Below are positions 57,583 to 64,000 of a stretch of DNA of 64,000 nt, piece by piece (the first letter of the stretch is position 1; each line of letters begins with the position of its first letter). The translations under genes and the position numbers were made by a program. The stretch is from Thermodesulfobacteriota bacterium (GTDB taxonomy: Bacteria; Desulfobacterota_D; UBA1144; Nemesobacterales; UBA2774), in contig OZ244197.1 in assembly GCA_965216785.1 (NCBI GenBank), forward strand, positions 2,048,001-2,112,000, written 5' to 3'. Under the pieces are notes generated by a model that saw only the letters and a program-made list of their open reading frames with translations, searched no databases and was not told the origin of the DNA.

Positions 57583-57858
57583 TTATATCACCTGGTCGCC
57601 GCTTACGTTTATTCCGAATACCGTATAAACGTTCTCGTGCTCAGTCTCTTCAATCGTCTCTTTGGACTCTTTATTGTTGAGCTTCTGAACATTCAGAGTG
57701 TCCATAAGGCCCTGAGCAACGTAGCCGCCGCGGCTCGTATCGCTTACTTCTTTGTTCTCAAGAGGAAGACTAACGCCAAACGCGTTTACTTCCGCCTGAG
57801 AGGTGAGCGGGAAGCTGAGTCCCACTGCCAATGCACTTGCTAGAATTAACTTCTTCAT
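57583..57858 (-). CDS. Small secreted protein
   Basis: AGGAGG SD, signal peptide ending SQA, terminal motifs AFGVSL and VFGINV. Confidence 0.7.
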   Translation of the reverse strand: MKKLILASALAVGLSFPLTSQAEVNAFGVSLPLENKEVSDTSRGGYVAQGLMDTLNVQKLNNKESKETIEETEHENVYTVFGINVSGDQVI

Positions 57859-57916
57859 TTTACTGCCTCCTGTTTTAGCGGGTTTTGACCCGCCGTATTT
57901 TTTACATTCACTACAT

Positions 57917-57934
57917 TAGTTGCAACTGCAACTA
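57917..57934. promoter_or_regulatory. 8-2-8 inverted-repeat operator
   Basis: TAGTTGCA-AC-TGCAACTA in a divergent intergenic region. Confidence 0.6.
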
Positions 57935-58084
57935 TAAAGGATTCAAAATTATTCTTATGCTCGGTTTTACGTTTGCTGCGATAATTTATGAGTGCGCGGG
58001 GTAAGGTTAACAATCGACCGAATTAGTGTAGAATTCTCACATAAACAGCTCATATGGATAGAGCATTATTTTTACGGCGAGCGT

Positions 58085-58783
58085 ATGATAATTTCTCATA
58101 AATACAAGTTTATATTCATAAAAACCAGGAAAACCGCGGGCTCGAGCATACAGATATATCTCTCTGAGCAATGCGGCGAAGGGGATATAGTCAGCACGAT
58201 AGACCGCCCGGAGAGACCCTACAGGCCAAGGAACTACAGGGGTTTTTATAACCCCTTGCCCGAGCTTATGGAAAGGAATTCAGCCGGGGGCGTGATGAAG
58301 ACCCTTGGCAGGTTCATTGCGCTTAAGAAGTTTCAGTCTCACATAAAAGCCCGTGAGGTCAGGGAGCGCGTGCCCAAAGATATATGGGAGGGGTACTATA
58401 AATTCACGGTTGAGAGAAACCCCTGGGATAAGGTGCTCTCGCACTACCACTTCGCGCGTAAACGTTATGACAGATACGCTACAGATATCTCATTTGACGA
58501 GTACCTAAGGACCGCCGATCTGCCTTATAACTACAGGAAGTACACGGACCTAGAGGGGAATATTATGGTCGATCGGGTAGTGCACTACGAGAATTTGAAC
58601 GAGGAGCTGGGCGAGGTGTTCGGGCAGCTGGGAGTGCCGTTTGAGGGCTCGCTCGGCGCGCAGGAGAAATCGCACTACCGTAAGGACAGAAGACCGTATC
58701 AGGAAGTATATACAGAAGAGCAGAAGTCACTTGTCGCGGAGCTGTTCTCCACGGAAATAGATCTTCTGGGGTATAAGTTCTAA
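58085..58783 (+). CDS. Sulfotransferase family 2 protein
   Basis: MIISHKYKFIFIKTRKTAGSS (5'-PSB), F.VERNPWDKVLSHY (3'-PB), HYENL. Confidence 0.85.
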   Translation: MIISHKYKFIFIKTRKTAGSSIQIYLSEQCGEGDIVSTIDRPERPYRPRNYRGFYNPLPELMERNSAGGVMKTLGRFIALKKFQSHIKAREVRERVPKDIWEGYYKFTVERNPWDKVLSHYHFARKRYDRYATDISFDEYLRTADLPYNYRKYTDLEGNIMVDRVVHYENLNEELGEVFGQLGVPFEGSLGAQEKSHYRKDRRPYQEVYTEEQKSLVAELFSTEIDLLGYKF

Positions 58784-58798
58784 TCTCTTTAGACCGGT

Positions 58799-59497
58799 TT
58801 AAATTTTCTCCGCAATGTAGCCGTTTATCATCAAATTTTTCCAGAATAGCCGGATGTTTTTAAAGCCAGCTTCCTCCAGCATCGATATAGTCTGGGCTTC
58901 GGTTAGAATGGGCAGGTTCTGGCGTACCCTTTCAAGGGTTTTTTCTATTTCTTCCTCATCGTCGTCCCTGTGGGTTTTTTGAAACGCCTCCCACGCGAGC
59001 ATGAACGCAGTGAATCTTTCGTCGTCTCTACGGCCCGTGATGTCCGCTGTAAGGAGCGGCGCGCCCGGCTTTAGCCTCTTTGCTATACCGCTTAAATACG
59101 CGGGCTTGTCGTCATAGGGTATAAAGTGCTTAACAAGGATGGAAGTCGCGGCGTCAAATGATTCAGAAGGCGCGTCATCTATAGTGCCGTGAATGATCCG
59201 GACCCTTTCCCGCAGCCCCACGTAGGCGATCTTTGCCTTCGCTACGAGGACCATCTGATCGGAAGGGTCAAAGCCTGTAATATTCCATCCGGAGTTTTCG
59301 CTTGCGTACGATATGGCTTCGGTTCCCGTACCCGAGCCGCAAACGAGAAGATCGGCGGATTCGGGAAGGGATGTGCCGAGAATATGCCCCGCGGTTGAGT
59401 GAAGGGACTCGTAGCCCGGGATTATATTCGCGACCTCTTTGTCGTAAAGCTGCGCTCTATCGTTAAACCTTCTAACCGGATCAAATGGCTCTGGCAT
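58799..59497 (-). CDS. Class I SAM-dependent methyltransferase (CmoA-like)
   Basis: A..YD.....IPGY, LVCGSGTG, FDAAT, RLKPGA. Confidence 0.85.
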   Translation of the reverse strand: MPEPFDPVRRFNDRAQLYDKEVANIIPGYESLHSTAGHILGTSLPESADLLVCGSGTGTEAISYASENSGWNITGFDPSDQMVLVAKAKIAYVGLRERVRIIHGTIDDAPSESFDAATSILVKHFIPYDDKPAYLSGIAKRLKPGAPLLTADITGRRDDERFTAFMLAWEAFQKTHRDDDEEEIEKTLERVRQNLPILTEAQTISMLEEAGFKNIRLFWKNLMINGYIAEKI

Positions 59498-59609
59498 TTC
59501 AATATGTTACATGATGCAACAATGAGTGTAAGGGTATATATAAATTTACCGACATAGAGGAGAAATGAATATTAGTATGCTGGAAGTGCAATATGGTTAA
59601 TTAAGATTT

Positions 59610-59779
59610 CTTCTTTTGCATGATCAAAAGAAGCAAAAATCACCGACTGGACATAAATTACGCTAAAAATGAATTCTGTAAGCTAAACCTCCACAATTCC
59701 GCCCACACCCCGTGTGAGGTTTTTAACGCTTCCATAATTCATTTTCTTCACGCTATTTATGTATGTCGGAAGCTTAAAA
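59610..59779. ncRNA. ~170-nt structured repeat / putative ncRNA, copy B
   Basis: Similar to 32933-33100, with compensatory stem changes. Confidence 0.7.
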
Positions 59780-59882
59780 ATTAAAGTGCAAAGTATTCAC
59801 TTCGTTTGGAAGCTTTAGAATTATTTGCTGTCTTGACGGATGCGGAGCCGGGAATATCTGGTATATTAATCAATTCCAAGTT

Positions 59883-60302
59883 ATGAATAAAACGCGAAGA
59901 GATATCAGAGACAGGGAAGATTTGGACAAACTGATGGCCCGGTTCTACGAGCGAATGATGGTAGACGATGTCATTGGGTACATCTTTACCCACTACGCCA
60001 AGATAAACCTTGACGAGCACCTGCCTATCCTTTCAGATTTTTGGGAGACGATTCTTTTCGAAAGGCCCGTGTACAAGAGGGGTCCTAAGGCTATGAACGT
60101 GCACATAGACCTAGCCAAAAAAGTGCCGCTGAGAAATCAGCATTTCAACCGCTGGCTGTACCTTTTCGACACAACTGTGGACGAGCTGTTCGCGGGCGAG
60201 CTTGCCCTTAAAGCCAAGGAGCGCGCGAGCTCAATCGCAAAGACAATGCAAAAGAGAATCGGCCCGCTTCCAGACTGCGGACTAGACGTTGTAGCCGTTT
60301 AG
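59883..60302 (+). CDS. Group III truncated hemoglobin (trHbP)
   Basis: DI..REDL..L...FY, D.VIG.IF, EHLP....FW, H..L, HFNRWL.LF..TVDELF.G. Confidence 0.9.
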   Translation: MNKTRRDIRDREDLDKLMARFYERMMVDDVIGYIFTHYAKINLDEHLPILSDFWETILFERPVYKRGPKAMNVHIDLAKKVPLRNQHFNRWLYLFDTTVDELFAGELALKAKERASSIAKTMQKRIGPLPDCGLDVVAV

Positions 60303-60946
60303 CTTGTAAGCCCTTTTACCTTCGTATATATATACGCCCCGGCGGCAGAGCCGGCGAATCCGTCCAGAAAGCCCCAGAGAGTCCAGTAAAAAACTTCTGA
60401 ATAGGTTTTGGGAAATAAAAGGTACGACTGCCTCGCCTTATACAAAAACTCGTTTCTGAAAAACTCCTCAAGCTGTGTAAACAAAAGAAAAAGGGGTCTT
60501 ATGCTGAAGTCGAACATCCTGAGATTGAGCGCGTACTCTACGCTTATAACAGCCAGAACGCCCGTGCAGAGGCCGAAAACTATGCCGAAAGAGAGCGCAA
60601 AGCTGAGCACTGAAAATCCGGGAGCGGCTTGTTTGCTTTGAAAAAGTTTATATATGAGGGCGATGAGAGCCCCGCTTACAAATCCGTCCGCAAAGCCAAG
60701 GAGCGTTGATAGGATGATGTTAACAGGTGTGAGGGGCATGCCGTTTTCGGCATAGGAGATAATTCCCTCGAAATGAGAGCCTAGCCCAAGAGCATCAGCG
60801 GCTATGAGCGCCGATCCTGTGAGGGGCCTGAAATCCAGCTCGACCCATGAAAAAGCCTCTCCGTTGGCAATGGAGATGATTACCAGCAGGAGCGCGGCGC
60901 ATGCCCACACTATCCCTGAATATATTGCAAAGCGTATCGGCCTCAT
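60299..60946 (-). CDS. Membrane protein with an internal duplication
   Basis: Both halves carry F..RP and GF.DGF..GA..A.IY. Confidence 0.65.
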   Translation of the reverse strand: MRPIRFAIYSGIVWACAALLLVIISIANGEAFSWVELDFRPLTGSALIAADALGLGSHFEGIISYAENGMPLTPVNIILSTLLGFADGFVSGALIALIYKLFQSKQAAPGFSVLSFALSFGIVFGLCTGVLAVISVEYALNLRMFDFSIRPLFLLFTQLEEFFRNEFLYKARQSYLLFPKTYSEVFYWTLWGFLDGFAGSAAGAYIYTKVKGLTS

Positions 60947-61144
60947 TTATAAAACTTTACCTGCTACGGCTATATATTTAACCGCACCGGGAAAGACGCG
61001 CGGCACGGAACGGGTATGTCGTATAAACCGTATCGTATAAAAAGCATATATTACATATATACGCAGTAATATATATCAAACTACACTCCGGTTAAAAATT
61101 GCGTTACATTTATTTATAAAGAGTGAGATGGAAGGGTCTTTCTT

Positions 61145-62845
61145 GTGGATTTAAACGCCAAGCTGAGAAGTATTAAAATAAGCTGGATAAAAACGACTTC
61201 CGAGCGAAGAAAGCTTGTTGTCAGAGACGTAACGGCAGGCTCTGAGCCCGGGATAAGGTTTTATCTCCTGCTCTCTACCTCGGCGCTCATCGCGGCGTTC
61301 GGTCTGATCGCCAACAGCGCGGCTGTAATAATAGGCGCGATGCTTGTGTCACCTCTTATGACGCCGATCATTGGCAGCGCGCTCGGGCTTGTGATCGGAG
61401 ACGCGAGACTATTCGCTAACGCCCTTAGATCGGTCATAGTGGGGACGGTGCTCGCGATCCTGTTCTCCGCGTTACTGGGCATACTGCCGCTCGCGCTCGA
61501 AGCTACGCCCGAGATGCTGGCGCGCACGAGTCCAACGCTCCTTGACCTGTTCGTAGCCATCCTCGCCGGTTTTGCGGGCTCATACGCGATGATCGACGAG
61601 AAAGTCAGCCCCGCGCTTCCCGGTGTGGCGATCGCCGTTGCCATTGTGCCCCCGCTTTCAAACACGGGCATATGCCTTTCTCTCGGGTACTATGACGGCG
61701 CGTTCGGCTCATTCATGCTTTTCTTCGCGAATTTCCTGTCAATACTGCTCGTAGCGGCGGCAACGTTCATTGCCGCCGGCCTCACGCCCCAGTATCAGCT
61801 TAAAAAAGATAAGCACTTCGTAAGGAGTTTTGTTATCGCGGTCGTGGGTTTTGTAGTCGTAGCGGGATTCCTGACTATTTCTCTTGTAGAAATAGTAAAA
61901 GACAGAAAGCTAAAAGAGTCTATTGAGGGCGTTTTATATACCGAATTCAACAAGCTCCACTCTACATCCGTTGACAATTATATATATGACATTGAGGACG
62001 GGAAGCTATTTATACTGGCCTCCGTTAGGAGCCCTGTCATAATGACTCCAAAAGATGTAAAGAAGCTTGAGAACAGTTTCAGAGAAAAAATAGACATGCC
62101 TATAGAGCTGATTGTCAGGAGCATTATTTCAAAAGACGTGAGCGCCTTTGGGAGCGCAAGCGAGGTCATGGGCCAAAACCTGGACGGCTTCTTTATGAAT
62201 AAGGACCTTACAGAGGACCAAAAGATGATCAGGCTCTCCGAGCAGGTAATACTGGAAAAACTCGCGTACTGGCCGAGGATGAGGCTTCTGAACGCGGAGC
62301 TGATAAACCTGCCCAGGGGGCCAACGATATTGGCAACCGTAACAGGTTTCAGGGTGCTCACTGAAAATGAGATCAGAGGTCTTGAGAGGAGCATCAGGGA
62401 AACGCTTGAGAATGACGAGATACAACTGGTGGTCAGGACCATTAAGACCAATTTAACGGACAACCAAGGTGACGTGCTGTATGGATGGATATACGGACTG
62501 GATATGTCCGATGATAAGAAAGAGATTATCAAAAAAGCCGATCAGAGCATACGGGCTAAATTTAAAAGATATAAGAACATATTCCCTGTAAACATTCATA
62601 AAAGGTTTAAGGGCGATGAGCTGCTTGTCCTTGTCGAAGCCGTAGGCGCAAAGCCATTATCTCCTGCCGATATAGCCTCGATGGAGCTAGAGCTTAATGA
62701 GGAGTTCCACAGACCGGTTAACCTTGATGTTTGGTATAAAACCGATGCCGTAATCACCTCTGAAGGGTACAGATCGTTTGAAGACTATAACGAGCTCAAT
62801 ATAGCGGACCTTGAGCGAAGACTCAGGGAACAGAATCAAGACTGA
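61145..62845 (+). CDS. DUF389 / TIGR00341-type membrane protein with a long C-terminal extension
   Basis: IAAFGL..NS.AVIIGAMLVSPLM.PI, RT.PTLLDL, LPGVAIAVAIVPPL. Confidence 0.88.
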   Translation: MDLNAKLRSIKISWIKTTSERRKLVVRDVTAGSEPGIRFYLLLSTSALIAAFGLIANSAAVIIGAMLVSPLMTPIIGSALGLVIGDARLFANALRSVIVGTVLAILFSALLGILPLALEATPEMLARTSPTLLDLFVAILAGFAGSYAMIDEKVSPALPGVAIAVAIVPPLSNTGICLSLGYYDGAFGSFMLFFANFLSILLVAAATFIAAGLTPQYQLKKDKHFVRSFVIAVVGFVVVAGFLTISLVEIVKDRKLKESIEGVLYTEFNKLHSTSVDNYIYDIEDGKLFILASVRSPVIMTPKDVKKLENSFREKIDMPIELIVRSIISKDVSAFGSASEVMGQNLDGFFMNKDLTEDQKMIRLSEQVILEKLAYWPRMRLLNAELINLPRGPTILATVTGFRVLTENEIRGLERSIRETLENDEIQLVVRTIKTNLTDNQGDVLYGWIYGLDMSDDKKEIIKKADQSIRAKFKRYKNIFPVNIHKRFKGDELLVLVEAVGAKPLSPADIASMELELNEEFHRPVNLDVWYKTDAVITSEGYRSFEDYNELNIADLERRLREQNQD

Positions 62846-62894
62846 GGGTTTACGCGAGCTACCGAATATCCTTAAAACCCCCGTTTAAAGATAC

Positions 62895-63044
62895 TGCCTA
62901 TAAATTAGGACGATATGTTCACTAATTAGGCAATCGTCTTCAGTTCCGGATTCACTTTAATTACTCCCCCTCTCATAACCGCATACAAACAAAGGATAAT
63001 ATTAAAATAGTCCTGTGTTTCCCGGACTTGGCATGGCGTTTGCT
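62895..63044 (+). promoter_or_regulatory. Sigma54 promoter with two tandem bEBP (NtrC-like) sites
   Basis: TGGCATGGCGTTTGCT at 63029-63044. 17-bp sites TGCCTATAAATTAGGAC (62895) and TGTTCACTAATTAGGCA (62916), 21 bp apart. Confidence 0.75.
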
Positions 63045-63055
63045 CTATATGTCTG

Positions 63056-63155
63056 TATGCCGATAAAGCATAAGAAATGGTGAGCTCATTTCTTCAAACC
63101 TCCTTACTATCCGGGGGTCGGAATTCATGGAAGTTCCCGTCCCCGGATATTTTTT
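63056..63155 (+). ncRNA. Putative sigma54-dependent small RNA
   Basis: 5' hairpin AAGAAATG/CATTTCTT, unpaired AAACCTCCTTAC, terminator TATCCGGGG...CCCCGGATA + T6. Confidence 0.6.
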
Positions 63156-63230
63156 ACGGATGGTTTTTGATTGAATTTCTTTCTGACGTATTACTCTTGC
63201 AGCGAAAAAGCATTCTTGCACCTTTAGCTA

Positions 63231-63274
63231 AAGTCCCGGGCCGGATACTCGCACCTTCGGTCCGGGATTTTTTT
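63231..63274 (+). terminator. Second intrinsic terminator upstream of the ATP-grasp gene
   Basis: TCCCGGGCCGGA/TTCGGTCCGGGA stem (G-U pairs indicate + strand) followed by T7. Confidence 0.65.
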
Positions 63275-63336
63275 GGTTTAGCGGATACGCTACCGCCGTA
63301 AACTGCTTTAATAATTTACGATGTTATAATAGATAA

Positions 63337-64000
63337 ATGGTCTCCTACTACGAGAACTACGACACCGAGGGATTTTACGACGAGTATTTTGAGCCCGGGG
63401 GTAAGCCCCGTACTGGCGCGCACGTGCTTTTAGAAAGGCTCGAGGCCCTGCCCACTGGCGAGCTGAAAAAGAGACAGAAGGCGACTGAGGCAAGACTGTT
63501 TCAGATGGGCGTCACGTTCACTGTCTACGGTGAGGACAAGGGGACCGAGAGGATATTCCCCTTTGACATCATACCCAGGGTGATTGAGTCGCGTGAGTGG
63601 GAAAAGATCGAAAAGGGGCTGAAACAAAGGGTTTACGCCCTTAATCTTTTTATCGACGATATCTATCACGACAAAAAAATAATTAAAGACGGGATTGTTC
63701 CTAAGGAGCTTCTTAATTCAAGCATGACCTACAGGCCCGAGTGTGAGGGCTTTAACCCGCAGCGGGGCATTTGGTGCCACATTTCAGGCACGGACCTAGT
63801 GCGGGACAGCGACGGAGAGTTCTATGTGCTCGAGGACAACCTTAGATGCCCCTCCGGGGTCTCATATGTTCTCGAGAACCGTCAGGTGCTGAAACGTACG
63901 TTCCCGAGGATATTTGAAAAATCCTACATTCGTCCCGTGGACGACTACCCAAACCGGCTAAAGGAAATGCTTCAGTACTTAGCTCCCGAGGCAGAGTTAA
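63337..64000 (+). CDS. Circularly permuted type 2 ATP-grasp protein, 3'-partial (absent from the ORF track)
   Basis: Translated by hand: MVSYYENY...FYDE...GVTFTVYG...ERIFPFDIIPR...GLKQRV.ALNLFIDDIYH...GTDLVRD...VLEDNLRCPSGVSY.LENR. TGtTATAAT lies 6 nt before the ATG. Confidence 0.9.
   Translation, partial: MVSYYENYDTEGFYDEYFEPGGKPRTGAHVLLERLEALPTGELKKRQKATEARLFQMGVTFTVYGEDKGTERIFPFDIIPRVIESREWEKIEKGLKQRVYALNLFIDDIYHDKKIIKDGIVPKELLNSSMTYRPECEGFNPQRGIWCHISGTDLVRDSDGEFYVLEDNLRCPSGVSYVLENRQVLKRTFPRIFEKSYIRPVDDYPNRLKEMLQYLAPEAEL

Noticed and set aside
63077-63301. 74-aa + ORF downstream of the sigma54 promoter
   Set aside because: No SD, it runs through two terminators, and it has no recognisable protein features.
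674-63669. The many short ORFs antisense to or nested within confident genes (e.g. 834-1466, 16861-17481, 41557-42102, 61978-62532)
   Set aside because: They are shadow ORFs of well-supported coding sequences.

Overview
This 64-kb window is bacterial chromosome with about 60 CDSs and two tRNAs (Arg-ACG on +, Ser-GCT on -). I found no rRNA, CRISPR array, transposase or integrase. Gene content and an IPTL-CTERM sorting signal suggest a Dadabacteria/Thermodesulfobacteriota-like organism (inference only). The left end is an accessory cluster of three paralogous exported RNase Z/AtsA-like MBL hydrolases, two outer-membrane beta-barrels and an ABC module. The rest is mixed: FAD/Fe-S oxidoreductase, ZIP transporter, two hybrid histidine kinases, Hpt, DUF4301, STAND NTPase, TrkH, an ECF sigma operon, a feoAB-DUF6607 unit with a Fur-like box, an animal-type heme peroxidase, a truncated hemoglobin, DUF389 and a circularly permuted ATP-grasp gene. 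The most notable candidates are: (1) a single-chain HicA-HicB fusion downstream of a stand-alone RHH gene, with a perfect 18-bp palindrome in the promoter; (2) a probable sigma54/bEBP-driven ~100-nt sRNA exposing an anti-Shine-Dalgarno sequence; (3) a ~170-nt structured, covarying repeat in two copies; (4) an anti-sigma gene that appears to start at ATC; (5) a tRNA-Arg-derived tandem repeat split by an insertion; (6) a modular REP-like repeat family. All family assignments come from motif recognition by eye, not from database searches.
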